Shown: positions 8,367 to 17,597 of the stretch, piece after piece | Layout of the letters: every line of letters begins with the position of its first letter | Numbering within the stretch: position 1 is the stretch's first letter | DNA from: Candidatus Peribacteraceae bacterium | GTDB taxonomy: Bacteria > Patescibacteriota > Gracilibacteria > Peribacterales > Peribacteraceae | Assembly: GCA_035290085.1 (NCBI GenBank) | Contig: DATDVK010000013.1 | Span: forward strand, 1-35,325 | Reading direction: 5' to 3' | Length of the DNA: 35,325 nucleotides | Position numbers and translations under genes: made by a program | Notes under the pieces: model-generated | Told to the model about the DNA's origin: nothing | Database searches by the model: none | What the model saw: the letters and a program-made list of their open reading frames with translations, nothing else

Positions 8367-9719
8367 CTAGTCTTCTGCACGGCGCTGATAGCTCTGCACG
8401 CGCTCCAGATTCTCCTGCTGGCGTTGCTCTTCTACTGCACGCGTGCGCAGACGCTTGGGACTTATTTGGTCATTCACGCGCACACCACGCTCGCGGTCGG
8501 CGAGGGGACAAATGCCCTTCCGGCTGAGGAAGAGATACTCGAGCGAATCCGGAGAGCCTGTGCAGGGGATATCTTCTCTCGGTTCCTGCTGGCGGCTTGT
8601 TCTGCGAGGTTCCCAGACTTCCTCTCCCGTTTCCTCGTCCACTTCCTCTTCCCACCAGTCGCTCCCGTTTTCCCAGGTATCCCCTGTGTCTTCCCCGGGC
8701 AGAACTTCTTCCTCCGGCCACTCCAGGAATTCCTCTCCCGGGAATCCGCTCTCGAGCAGCTCGAGTCCCTCGAATTGGGACAGGATGTTCTCCCCATCAA
8801 GGTATTCGAGGAATTCTTCCAGTGTCATGATGTGTGCTTCCGAAGGCACTTCCACGTACACGGGTGTCATCTTCCGTTGCACTTCCCCCTGTGTGACGAA
8901 GGAGAACCCGGGGAGTACGGGAGACTGCGCTGCAAGGTAGAATTTGGCGAACAGGAAATCCTGAGCATCATTCGTATTGATTTTGATGTGGAGATTCACG
9001 GCATTGCGGATCATCGCTTCTGTCTCCTGCGTACTCGGGTCATTCACGAGGTCTCCGAGCCCCAGATCCTCACCATCTATCGCCGAGAAGAATTCATTGA
9101 GCACGAGGAGCGTTTCGTAGAGGAATCCATCCTTCAGCCGGAGAGAGTATGCGTGTCCTCCTGTAAACTGCGTGTACTCCATAGAGAGGAGGGCGTCCAC
9201 GAGACCGTCCAGGAGCTTTTCCACCTGTTCTTTCTCCACAAAGATGCCTTCGAGTGCCATTCCGTCCACGAAACCTGTAATAAATGCATCCCTGCCTCCT
9301 ACCTGTGCCTGTTCCATTTCCAGTGGTATGGAGATCCATTTCTTCTGCAGCACGTCGATGGAAGCCTGGAGCACAGCGTCCTCCACATTGGCATTGAACT
9401 CATCGATCCGGACATAGACTACTTGCTGATGAAGTACCATAGACAGCTTCATACGCATCTGCATGCCTTCTTCTGCAAAATCAACTGTGGCATGCCATTT
9501 CCCTTTCATAGTGTCTAGTGTGCGGCCTTCCCCCTCGCCGTTCATCCAGAGTGAAGCGTAAGTGTCTTCCATGCGCGCATGCGCTTCCATGGTGAAGCTT
9601 CGCGGTTTTCCATCGAACTCCACTGCTTTCAGAAGGGCGCTTGGCTGAGTGAAGTATGCCAAAGCAGCAAGAGGGGTCACCAAGGAGAGGGTCAGACCCA
9701 GTAAAAAAGGGCGGCGCAT
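8367..9719 (-). CDS. Secreted hypothetical protein with acidic Trp/Glu-rich C-terminal region
   Basis: Signal peptide MRRPFLLGLTLSLVTPLAALA. Low-complexity acidic stretch EDTGDTWENGSDWWEEEVDEETGEEVWEP. No family recognised. Confidence 0.6.
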   Translation of the reverse strand: MRRPFLLGLTLSLVTPLAALAYFTQPSALLKAVEFDGKPRSFTMEAHARMEDTYASLWMNGEGEGRTLDTMKGKWHATVDFAEEGMQMRMKLSMVLHQQVVYVRIDEFNANVEDAVLQASIDVLQKKWISIPLEMEQAQVGGRDAFITGFVDGMALEGIFVEKEQVEKLLDGLVDALLSMEYTQFTGGHAYSLRLKDGFLYETLLVLNEFFSAIDGEDLGLGDLVNDPSTQETEAMIRNAVNLHIKINTNDAQDFLFAKFYLAAQSPVLPGFSFVTQGEVQRKMTPVYVEVPSEAHIMTLEEFLEYLDGENILSQFEGLELLESGFPGEEFLEWPEEEVLPGEDTGDTWENGSDWWEEEVDEETGEEVWEPRRTSRQQEPREDIPCTGSPDSLEYLFLSRKGICPLADRERGVRVNDQISPKRLRTRAVEEQRQQENLERVQSYQRRAED

Positions 9720-9785
9720 GGAAGAAAAAGGGAAGGTTGATGCCTATCGTATAAGTTTCTGCCGTCTCTATGCAACTGCCGCATG

Positions 9786-9824
9786 CCAAAACCCCCTGCG
9801 CCTGGATGACCGCGGGGGTTTTGG
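9786..9824 (-). terminator. Intrinsic terminator downstream of rplL
   Basis: CCAAAACCCCCTGCG (9786-9800) pairs with CGCGGGGGTTTTGG (9811-9824) with one bulge. The stem is GC-rich with A/T-run flanks. A second 7-bp hairpin lies at 9825-9848. Confidence 0.6.
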
Positions 9825-9851
9825 AGACTCCGGACGCTCGTGGAGTCTTAC

Positions 9852-10280
9852 TTATTTAAGGGTCACTTTGGCGCCGGCTGTTTCCAGCTTCTTCTTCATC
9901 TCCTCTGCCTCTGCTTTCGGTACACCTTCCTTAAGCATCTTCGGCGCGCCGTCGACGGCCGCTTTTGCCTCGCCGAGGGCGAGACCGGTAATTTCGCGCA
10001 CCACTTTGATCACGGCGATTTTCTGTGCGCCGGAATCAGAGAGTTCGACGTTGTACATGCTCTTCTCCTCTGCGTCGCTTCCTGCGCCGCCAGCGGCAGG
10101 AGTGCCTGCTGCTGCGACAGCCACCGGAGCAGCTGCGGAGATGCCGTATTCAGATTCCATGAACTTTACGACATTGTTGAGTTGCACGACGTTCAGCTTC
10201 TCGAGTGCATCGATTACGGCTTTCTCCTCTTTGGAGAGTTTCACCGTCTTCGCCTCTGCGGTTGCTGTGTCATCGGACAT
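9852..10280 (-). CDS. rplL: 50S ribosomal protein L7/L12
   Basis: Ala-rich hinge ([19 protein letters not shown]) and a C-terminal domain ([27 protein letters not shown]...[24 protein letters not shown]). Start at ATG 10280. Confidence 0.95.
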   Translation of the reverse strand: MSDDTATAEAKTVKLSKEEKAVIDALEKLNVVQLNNVVKFMESEYGISAAAPVAVAAAGTPAAGGAGSDAEEKSMYNVELSDSGAQKIAVIKVVREITGLALGEAKAAVDGAPKMLKEGVPKAEAEEMKKKLETAGAKVTLK

Positions 10281-10314
10281 GGGAATAAATGGGTAAGGAA
10301 TAAATAAAAGGAAT

Positions 10315-10887
10315 TTATGATGCTGGCTGCTCAGGAGAGGGAGCACCTGCTCCTCCGGGATGTACCCCGCCTTTCTCCGCGAGTTGCTTGAGTCCGCGTG
10401 CGAAGCCCGAGAGTGGGGAATTGCACATGCCGGCAAAGTTGATGAGTGGCGAGCGGATCATGCCGACGAACAGAGCGAGCAGCGCCTCACGGCTCGGCAT
10501 CTCTGCAAGTTCCAGTGCCTCTTCTCTCGAGAGGATTTTTCCGTCGTAGAGTCCGCCGAGAATTTGCACTTTGTCGTGATCTTTACTGAATTTGAAGGCA
10601 ACCTGTGCTCCTGAGAGGGGATCGCCAAAGCTGAAGATCATCGATACTGCCCCTTTCATGGCATCTTCCCCGAATTCCGGGAGACCAGCTTCCTTGGCTG
10701 CAATTTTCATCAGTGTTTTCTTCGCGACCTTCATTTCTGCGTTGCCCTTGCGGAGTTTTGACCTGAGTTCACTCACCTCGGCCACACTCAGGCCGATGTA
10801 GTGAGCGAGTATGATGGACTGCGCGGAGCCTATTTTCTCCGTGAGTTCTTTCACTTGTGCCTGTTTTCTGTCTCTTGAGAGTGCCAT
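10315..10887 (-). CDS. rplJ: 50S ribosomal protein L10
   Basis: [47 protein letters not shown] is a typical L10 N-terminus. It lies immediately upstream of rplL. Start at ATG 10887. Confidence 0.9.
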   Translation of the reverse strand: MALSRDRKQAQVKELTEKIGSAQSIILAHYIGLSVAEVSELRSKLRKGNAEMKVAKKTLMKIAAKEAGLPEFGEDAMKGAVSMIFSFGDPLSGAQVAFKFSKDHDKVQILGGLYDGKILSREEALELAEMPSREALLALFVGMIRSPLINFAGMCNSPLSGFARGLKQLAEKGGVHPGGAGAPSPEQPAS

Positions 10888-11110
10888 GAGATGAGAAAGT
10901 AAGGAGTAACCCTTCGACGCTTCGGCTGTGCTCAGCGCAGGTAAGCTCAGGGTTCTTTCTGCGTTTTGCGCAGAAAGAAAAAAGGTCTCCATCCGGGAGA
11001 CCAGCGAGGCACACGACACGACGCACCAAGCGTAAGCCGAGTGAGCGATGCTGTATGCCTCGGAGGGGCTTACTTTCGGCCATCAGCCTAATGCCCTCGG
11101 TCTTCGGACG
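10888..11110 (-). promoter_or_regulatory. Structured rplJ 5' leader with terminator-like hairpin (possible L10-type autoregulatory leader)
   Basis: Minus strand: GGTCTCC-CGGAT-GGAGACC (plus 10984-11002) is followed by TTTTTTCTTTCT. An 11-bp hairpin lies at plus 10953-10979. No upstream gene on this strand could own the terminator. Confidence 0.35.
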
Positions 11111-11342
11111 GTAAGTGGAAGTTTACTTATATGTGAAAAAGTGTCAAGAAATCATGACTGTATTTATCTGTTCAAACAGTATTGGATGCTGACTTATTTC
11201 ATAAATATTGTATAATTCTATAATTAGAGATTCTTTTAAAAAAAATGCAATATCTCAGAAGGGTCAGAAGAGAGGAGGGAGAAAGGAGATCCTTCCCGGT
11301 TGTCTGTTTTCTCTCTTTCTCCCCTCGCGCTACTATCTGTCT

Positions 11343-11783
11343 ATGCGCGTAGTGTTGCAGCGAGTATCGGAGGCATCGGTGAGCACAGGAGGTACCTTGT
11401 GCAGCTCCATAGGGCGTGGCTACATGCTCCTCTTTGGAGTGATGACCGGTGATACGGAAGAGCAGGCGGCATGGCTCGCCGGGAAGGTACTCAAGCTCCG
11501 CCTCTTCGATGGTGCCGATGGCAAGATCAACGACCGCAGCGTTGTAGATATCGGTGGGGGGATTCTTGTCGTCTCCCAGTTCACACTCGCCGGGAACCTC
11601 GAGAAGGGGAACCGCCCTGATTTTCTTCGGGCGGCACCTCCCGATGAAGCCAGGAGACTCTATGAGTTCTTCGTGGGGCGTCTCCGTGGGAGCGGGCTCA
11701 CTGTCGAGATCGGAGCGTTTGGAGAAATGATGCAGGTTTCTCTTGTGAATGAAGGGCCCTGTACCATCCTGTTGGAACACTGA
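11343..11783 (+). CDS. dtd: D-aminoacyl-tRNA deacylase
   Basis: MRVVLQRVSEASV...GRGYMLLFGV...VSQFTL...GNRP.F...A.PP..A..LYE.F is a classic Dtd pattern. Start at ATG 11343. Confidence 0.9.
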   Translation: MRVVLQRVSEASVSTGGTLCSSIGRGYMLLFGVMTGDTEEQAAWLAGKVLKLRLFDGADGKINDRSVVDIGGGILVVSQFTLAGNLEKGNRPDFLRAAPPDEARRLYEFFVGRLRGSGLTVEIGAFGEMMQVSLVNEGPCTILLEH

Positions 11784-11846
11784 GTGTTCCTGTCTCTATT
11801 CAGGGTTCCGGTGTTGTGGTAGAATTTTGAGTCCACATTCTATTCT

Positions 11847-13763
11847 ATGAGTGTTCTGAAGGTCCAAACGTACGATTCTCTTGTGGAGCGGATGCAGTCC
11901 GCGGAGGTTACGTACGATGCCAAACGCCTCTTCCAAGTGTGGAAGACGGCACAGGAAGCATACAAGGACGAGCAGCACTGGACAGGTCTTCCGCTCATGG
12001 AACATACGATGGGGGTATTCGAAGTGCTTCTCCCGTACAAGCCCGATGAAGATACGGTGGTTGCGTGCCTTCTCCATCATCTCCTGCAGTGCAAAGGTTG
12101 GACGCTCACAGATATAGAAGAGTGTTTCGGCGAGAATATCCGTGAGCTTGTGAGTGGCCTGCATCTCCTCTCCCATGTCACGCTCCGTGACCGGCGGCGG
12201 TCTGTGGAAGACCTGCGTCTCATGCTGCTTACGGTCTCGGATGACATACGCACAGTACTGCTTGTCCTCTGCGACCGTTCGTTCCTTCTTGAATGCCTCC
12301 CCCGGTTTTCCGAGGACGACAGGAAACAGGTGGCACAGGATGTGTTGCAGCTTTTTGCCCCGGTCGCTGCGCGGCTCGGCATGTACAAACTGAGGTACGA
12401 GCTTGAATCGCGGGCATTTCCTGTGGTGTATCCCCATGATGCTGAACACATTACTGAGCAGCTTGCACAGGTGGAGAAGCAGTATGGCCGCTCCCTCGCG
12501 GATGCGACGAAGAAACTTGAGAAATATCTGGAGAATGAAGGGGTGCATGTTTCTCTTGAGATGAGGCAGAAGAAGCCCTACAGCATTTTCCGCAAGATGC
12601 AGCAGAAGAGCCTCACCCAGGTGAAGCAGCTGTATGATCTCTTCGCAGTGCGTGTGATCGTGCAGACGGAAGCAGAGTGCTACCAGGTGCTGGGATTGCT
12701 GCACAAAGCAGGGCGGCCGGTGACGAACCGATTCAAGGACTACATTGCGTTCCCAAAGCCAAACGGATACCAGAGCCTCCACACCACGCTTGTTCTGTTG
12801 CCGGGGATGGAAGATGAATCTCTCTTCGTAGAGGTGCAGGTGCGCACTATGCAGATGCACCACGATGCGCAGTATGGTGTCGCTTCCCATTGGATGTATA
12901 AGGAACACGGTTCAGCAGTCCGCGCATTGCAGAAGGTGCAACTCCAGAGTGTGCTCTCTTCCCAACAGTCGCTCGAGGGAGAGGAGGAAACGAACGCTCT
13001 CGCTGACCATATTTTTGTGCTCACCCCTCATGGGGAGGTTGTGGAACTTCCCGAGGGTGCAACACCGCTGGATTTTGCTTTCCAGTTGCACACGGATCTT
13101 GGTCTCTCTTTCCGGAGTGCAACGGTGAACGGCAGCATTGTTCCGCTCGATTACCGCCTGGAGAATGGTGATATTGTTGAGGTGCTCAAGCGCAAAACAC
13201 CCCAACCTTCTTCGCAGTGGATGCAGCTCCTCAAGATGGCTTCATCCCGCTCCAAGCTCAAGCGTTTTCTCTACGCACAGGATCGCCCCCGCCTGGTTGC
13301 AGAGGGACGCGAGTTTGTGAACATAGAACTCCGAAAGTACAAGTTGCCACTGCTCGATGCCGATCTCTCCATTCTGCGTATCTGCGATGGCATCGTACTC
13401 ACCATGAGCCAGCGGGAAGATATCCTCATGAAAATCGGCCAGGGGTCTGAGCGTGCGCTCTCGCTTCTGTACCGTCTCAAGGCTCTCGAGGGCATGCTGC
13501 CGGTGAAAGCATCGTCCAAGCGTTCGCAGGATGGACAGAGAACACAGGGGAAGAAACACGGCGTTCAATTTGAGATAGAGGGTGATGTGCCCTTGCCTAC
13601 GCGCTGCGCGAAATGCTGCAAGCCGGCAGAGTGGCCCCATAGCCTGCTGATGGGTGTGATAGGACGCAATGGAGTAGTTGTTGTGCACCGCAGAGAGTGC
13701 GGGATGCTCAGGCATGCCAATACTGAACGGACCGTGCGGGTGTGGTGGCCAGATAATGCATGA
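11847..13763 (+). CDS. relA: RelA/SpoT homolog, RelA-type (p)ppGpp synthetase with degenerate hydrolase motifs
   Basis: Synthetase motifs: KKPYSIFRKM, DLFAVRVIV, DYIAFPKPNGYQSLHTT, EVQVRTMQMH...HWMYKE. TGS domain: IFVLTPHGEVVELPEGATPLDFAF. C-terminal Cys motif: CAKCCKP. The HD region reads LLHHLLQC instead of LHDxxED. Confidence 0.9.
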   Translation: MSVLKVQTYDSLVERMQSAEVTYDAKRLFQVWKTAQEAYKDEQHWTGLPLMEHTMGVFEVLLPYKPDEDTVVACLLHHLLQCKGWTLTDIEECFGENIRELVSGLHLLSHVTLRDRRRSVEDLRLMLLTVSDDIRTVLLVLCDRSFLLECLPRFSEDDRKQVAQDVLQLFAPVAARLGMYKLRYELESRAFPVVYPHDAEHITEQLAQVEKQYGRSLADATKKLEKYLENEGVHVSLEMRQKKPYSIFRKMQQKSLTQVKQLYDLFAVRVIVQTEAECYQVLGLLHKAGRPVTNRFKDYIAFPKPNGYQSLHTTLVLLPGMEDESLFVEVQVRTMQMHHDAQYGVASHWMYKEHGSAVRALQKVQLQSVLSSQQSLEGEEETNALADHIFVLTPHGEVVELPEGATPLDFAFQLHTDLGLSFRSATVNGSIVPLDYRLENGDIVEVLKRKTPQPSSQWMQLLKMASSRSKLKRFLYAQDRPRLVAEGREFVNIELRKYKLPLLDADLSILRICDGIVLTMSQREDILMKIGQGSERALSLLYRLKALEGMLPVKASSKRSQDGQRTQGKKHGVQFEIEGDVPLPTRCAKCCKPAEWPHSLLMGVIGRNGVVVVHRRECGMLRHANTERTVRVWWPDNA

Positions 13764-13795
13764 GAAGGCAGTGGACAGTACTGACTTCTGCCTTC
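13762..13795. terminator. Bidirectional hairpin between convergent relA and tig
   Basis: AGAAGGCAG (13762-13770) pairs with CTGCCTTCT (13787-13795). The stem is followed by the T-rich CTACTGTTTTCTGTTC. Confidence 0.55.
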
Positions 13796-13812
13796 TGCCT
13801 ACTGTTTTCTGT

Positions 13813-15093
13813 TCATTCCTGAATGATCTCTTCCAGCAGCTTGTCCACTTTCATTTGCCACTGGAGTTGCTCGTACGCTTTCTCCCCCTTGGCGTAGGCG
13901 GGAGCAATGCTGAGACGCTCTTCTACTGAGAGAGGGGAGAGCAGAGTATCCATGCCTTTCCTCATCTCTTCATCCGAGATATCGATTGCCTTCTCTTCGA
14001 TGAGCGTTGAGATCCCCAAACGGAGTGTGAGGCGCTTCTCTGCCTGTTTGCTGAGTTCCTCTTCCATCTGTTCTGCTGTTTTTCCTGTGCGTTTCATCCA
14101 CTCCTCAAAGCCCATATTCTGCCTCTTCAGCTGTTCAGCGAGATCGTCGAGGAGTGCCTCTTTCTCGTCAGCCACTAATTCGGGCACCAGTTCCACCGTT
14201 GTTGCCTCACGGATTTTTTCGAATGCCTCCTCTTCCGCCTTCCTTCTCTGCAGTTCTTCTTCCCGTTTCTCCATGGGTTCCCTCACCCGCCGCTTCAGTT
14301 CCGCAACGGATTCGACCTGAAGGTGCTCCTTCGCGAATGCATCTGTGAGCTCTGGCAAGGAGATTGCTTCCACTTTCTGCACAGTCACATGGAAAGTGAC
14401 GGGTTTGCCACGGAGTGCTTCTGCCTGATGTTTTTCCGGGAACGTCAGTGTGAAGTTCTTCGTGTCTCCTTTCTGCATCCCGATCAGTGCATCCTCGAAT
14501 CCTGGCAGGAGCACCTTACTCCCGATGACAACCTGGTGGCCGGTGGTGCGGATACTCCCCACCTCCTTCCCGTCCTGCGACTCTCCCCAGAAGTCCATTG
14601 TCACGCGGTCTCCCCCCTTAGCAGCACGGAGTGCCTCCTCGGTTTTCTGGTGTTGTCTCAAGATGTAATCGATCATCTTCTGAACGTCTTCTTCCCCCAC
14701 TGCGGCTTTCTGAACCTGTACGGAGAGCTTTGAAGCCTTCTTTACCTTCACGGGCGGCCGCTCCACGAATGTCACCTTCACGGTCACGGGCGCGTTGTTC
14801 GTAATCTCCACTTTCGGAGGAATGATGGGGTGGATGCTGTGTTCCTGCACCAGAGCAGTAAATGTGTCCGGCAGGAGTTCCCGTACCGTTTCCTCAAACA
14901 ATTTGCTTGTATCGATTTTCTCTCTGAGAAGAGCGATGGGAGCGGTTCCGTCACGGAATCCATCGATGCGTATGGAAGAGCCTATTTTCCGGAGGGCTTT
15001 CTCTTCGGAGGCGGCGGTTTGCTCCGCCGTAAAAGCAACGGTGCAAATGACTCTCCCGTTCTTCTGTCGTTCGATGGTTGGGGGGATGCTCAT
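13813..15093 (-). CDS. tig: Trigger factor
   Basis: Three-part architecture: N-terminal ribosome-binding region (FRDGTAPIALLREK), central FKBP-like region (VVIGSKVLLPGFEDALIGMQKGD) and a C-terminal helical domain. Start at ATG 15093. Confidence 0.85.
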   Translation of the reverse strand: MSIPPTIERQKNGRVICTVAFTAEQTAASEEKALRKIGSSIRIDGFRDGTAPIALLREKIDTSKLFEETVRELLPDTFTALVQEHSIHPIIPPKVEITNNAPVTVKVTFVERPPVKVKKASKLSVQVQKAAVGEEDVQKMIDYILRQHQKTEEALRAAKGGDRVTMDFWGESQDGKEVGSIRTTGHQVVIGSKVLLPGFEDALIGMQKGDTKNFTLTFPEKHQAEALRGKPVTFHVTVQKVEAISLPELTDAFAKEHLQVESVAELKRRVREPMEKREEELQRRKAEEEAFEKIREATTVELVPELVADEKEALLDDLAEQLKRQNMGFEEWMKRTGKTAEQMEEELSKQAEKRLTLRLGISTLIEEKAIDISDEEMRKGMDTLLSPLSVEERLSIAPAYAKGEKAYEQLQWQMKVDKLLEEIIQE

Positions 15094-15109
15094 GGAGAGA
15101 ATATGGATG

Positions 15110-16039
15110 CTAGCGCCGTGTTCTGTTCCTCCAGTAGACGAGAATCGGAGTGGCGACGAAGAAGGAGGAGTAGGTGCCAATCACTGTGCCGATAATCAGG
15201 GCGAGGATGAACCAGCGGATACTCTCTGCTGCGAAGAAGAAGAGCACGAAGAGCATGATGAGAGCGCCAGTACCGGTGTTCAGTGTGCGCGATACTGTTT
15301 CCTTGAGGCTGCGGTCCGCGAGCACCGCGAAGTCCTCTCCCCGGTTTCCTCCCTCGAACAGGTTGCTGCGGATGCGGTCGAAGATGACGATCGTATCGTT
15401 TACGGAGTATCCCATAATACTGAGGAGTGCCGTGACGAAGAGCGTATCCAGCTGAAAACTTGTTGTGTGGCTGAGGATCGTGAAAATTCCCAGGGTGAGG
15501 AGTGTGTCGTGGAGGAGTGCCAGAATGGCGGTGATTCCGAAGCTCCAGGGGCTGAGTCTCCCCGGTACTCTCCGGAAGACCATCGCGAGGTAGAGGATGA
15601 TTGCGACAGTGGCAATGAGCAGTGCCCAGATCGAACGCTGTTTCAGGCTTGCGCCCACAGTGGGTCCGATTGTCGTGAACTGGCGAACTGTTATTTCCCC
15701 GAGTTCACGTTCGAGGTGCCCGACGAGAGCGAGATGCTCTTCGTTGCTCAGGTCGCGCATACGCAGGAGGTAACTTCCGTCTTTTGTGCGGGAAACAGCG
15801 ATGTTACCGAGTGGTGTCTCTCCGGGGAATGTTCCAAGGACAGCGGAGAGTGCGTCTTTTGTGATCTCTTCGGGGGTCGAGACTTCCATGAGCGTTCCTC
15901 CGGTGAAATCAATGCTCAGCACCGGGCCCGGCACAAACAGGAGCACCACGCTCACGAGGACGAGAGCTGTGGAGATCGTCAGAAAGTATTTTGCAGGTCG
16001 TAAGAGAGACATCGGTGCAAGAGGGTAACGGGTTTTCAA
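15110..16039 (-). CDS. secF: Protein-export membrane protein SecF
   Basis: IDFTGGT motif after the first TM, six TM segments, and YSVNDTIVIFDRIR. The start could be ATG 16039 or ATG 16012. Confidence 0.85.
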   Translation of the reverse strand: MKTRYPLAPMSLLRPAKYFLTISTALVLVSVVLLFVPGPVLSIDFTGGTLMEVSTPEEITKDALSAVLGTFPGETPLGNIAVSRTKDGSYLLRMRDLSNEEHLALVGHLERELGEITVRQFTTIGPTVGASLKQRSIWALLIATVAIILYLAMVFRRVPGRLSPWSFGITAILALLHDTLLTLGIFTILSHTTSFQLDTLFVTALLSIMGYSVNDTIVIFDRIRSNLFEGGNRGEDFAVLADRSLKETVSRTLNTGTGALIMLFVLFFFAAESIRWFILALIIGTVIGTYSSFFVATPILVYWRNRTRR

Positions 16040-16072
16040 TGGCGAAGCTAGCAGAGAGTGAGGTTTTTACCA

Positions 16073-17467
16073 TCAGCTTCCTGGTTGCAGCATGATTGTC
16101 GTAAGGGGACCTCTGCGGTCTGTGGACCACAGGATGACTGGGGGGAGGTCTGGGAGGAGGGGGAGATTGATCTTGCCAACAAACAGTGGGAGGTGTGTTT
16201 CCATGAGGGGGAGCACTGTAGCCTTGGACAGCCAGCCACTGCTTTGCCTTGTGTTTGAAAGCAGGCTTCTGCTGAGGGGGGCGGCGCCCTCTTTCTGCGT
16301 TGCCGGGGCATCGAGAGCGGAGAGCAGCTCCTCTGTGTTCGTGATGGCAAATTCACCTTTTCGGGTGGCAGTAAAGAGGCCTGTAGGGCTATGGGCAGCC
16401 TGCGTACTCCGGATCTGCCAGTCGCCCTGCATGGAGAGTTCCTCCTTCCATTCGGAGGAATCTCTCCGGATGTTCCGCGTAAAGAACTTGTTATCGAAAG
16501 AGTAGTTTCTCACTGTTGCCGTCGGAAGGCGCAGGCGCATTCCCCTGTGCAGGCGCTCCATGATGAGGGCAAGATGGTCACTGTCATCCATTTTCCCTCT
16601 GGCCAGTACGAGGAGTGTTCCTGATTCGCTGCGGGTGAGGAAGAGGGAACACTCCTTTTCAGTGAGGGGGAGCACATCGTACTGCAGGCTCACGGCTTCC
16701 CCGAATCCGCGTTGCACCAAGTATTCCACTGTCCCTTTGAAAATGATTTGGTGTTCTTCGCTCATGCTCTCCATCGTCTGTTGCCAGATTTCCTGTCCCT
16801 GCCGGATGGTCATTGCCAGAATATCGCCTGTGTGGCTCTTGGGGAGGGGGTGTATTCCCGTCCTGGGTGGATACTCTTCATCCATCCCTAAGAGTGTGAT
16901 GGTCTGCGTATCTCCTTCTCTTACAATCGCGAGTGCGGTGGATCCTTGGAAGAGCAGAGCCTCAAGGAGTTGTTGGGGCAGATCTTGTGCGCTTTGCAGC
17001 ACCTGCCGTCTCACGAATGTCCACGATGAAGACCGTTCCCGTCCGTTACTCAGTTGTCTGTAGGCTGCGTCTTCGGAGAGAGGAGTAGTCGCACCCGCTG
17101 CGAGGAGTTCCAGTGCTTCCTCTGAGGGGGAGGTTACGATGTACGCGCCGAGGTCGAGGGAATGGCCGGCCTGATGATCTGCTGTCCGCCAGAAGAAAAC
17201 GGGGACTCGCTCTGTCTCAGAGAGCGCAAGCAGTGCTGCCGCTTCCACGCGCATCATGTCACGCAGCTCCGGGATGAGGTCATTTTCTTCTCTCGGAGGA
17301 TTGTGCAGCAGCGCAAGCGTGGTCTCTGCAGGGAGGAACGATGCCGCTGTTTTGTCGAACAGCGTGAGCATGTTTGTGGCGGCGGAAAGCAGAAGCACGA
17401 GCACGGTGCTGCCTGCTATCGCTAGGAGAACGATACAGAAGCCGTGGAGGAACTTTCTCACCTTCAT
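16073..17467 (-). CDS. Hypothetical membrane-anchored protein (464 aa)
   Basis: Start at ATG 17467 (MKVRKFLHGFCIVLLAIAGSTVLVLLL gives a single N-terminal TM). The rest is soluble and shows no SecD motifs or C-terminal TM bundle. Confidence 0.6.
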   Translation of the reverse strand: MKVRKFLHGFCIVLLAIAGSTVLVLLLSAATNMLTLFDKTAASFLPAETTLALLHNPPREENDLIPELRDMMRVEAAALLALSETERVPVFFWRTADHQAGHSLDLGAYIVTSPSEEALELLAAGATTPLSEDAAYRQLSNGRERSSSWTFVRRQVLQSAQDLPQQLLEALLFQGSTALAIVREGDTQTITLLGMDEEYPPRTGIHPLPKSHTGDILAMTIRQGQEIWQQTMESMSEEHQIIFKGTVEYLVQRGFGEAVSLQYDVLPLTEKECSLFLTRSESGTLLVLARGKMDDSDHLALIMERLHRGMRLRLPTATVRNYSFDNKFFTRNIRRDSSEWKEELSMQGDWQIRSTQAAHSPTGLFTATRKGEFAITNTEELLSALDAPATQKEGAAPLSRSLLSNTRQSSGWLSKATVLPLMETHLPLFVGKINLPLLPDLPPVILWSTDRRGPLTTIMLQPGS

Positions 17468-17552
17468 TTTGTGCGTATTGTAGCGTGTTCTTTGCAGGTG
17501 ACACCCATGGATTTCACCTTGTTCGGAACGCGGAAAACGAGTACAATATTGT

Positions 17553-17597
17553 GATTTGCTCAGAGTGCATCTGTCAAAGAAACACTCTGAGCAAATC
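17553..17597. repeat. Perfect 15-bp inverted repeat (hairpin or operator) upstream of the 464-aa gene
   Basis: GATTTGCTCAGAGTG (17553-17567) and CACTCTGAGCAAATC (17583-17597) are exact reverse complements separated by a 15-nt spacer. They lie 86-130 nt upstream of ATG 17467. Confidence 0.55.

Noticed and set aside
8424-9518. Long ORFs antisense to confidently called genes: 8424-9518(+), 11796-12908(-), 14795-16003(+), 18206-19294(+), 23564-24283(-), 27751-28509(+), 29972-30697(-), 31618-32577(-), 33126-33921(+) and 3366-4112(+).
   Set aside because: Each lies opposite a gene with clear family motifs or signal peptides. Their translations are Cys/His/Arg/Pro-rich without motifs, as expected for shadow ORFs in GC-biased coding DNA.
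11267-11290. The purine tract GAGGAGGGAGAAAGGAG as a Shine-Dalgarno site for an extended dtd.
   Set aside because: Dtd homologs start at the MRVVLQRV motif (ATG 11343). The tract is more than 50 nt upstream, and no other gene in the window uses an SD.
16073-17467. Possibility that the gene upstream of secF is secD.
   Set aside because: It has only one N-terminal TM helix, no SecD periplasmic-domain motifs and no C-terminal TM bundle.
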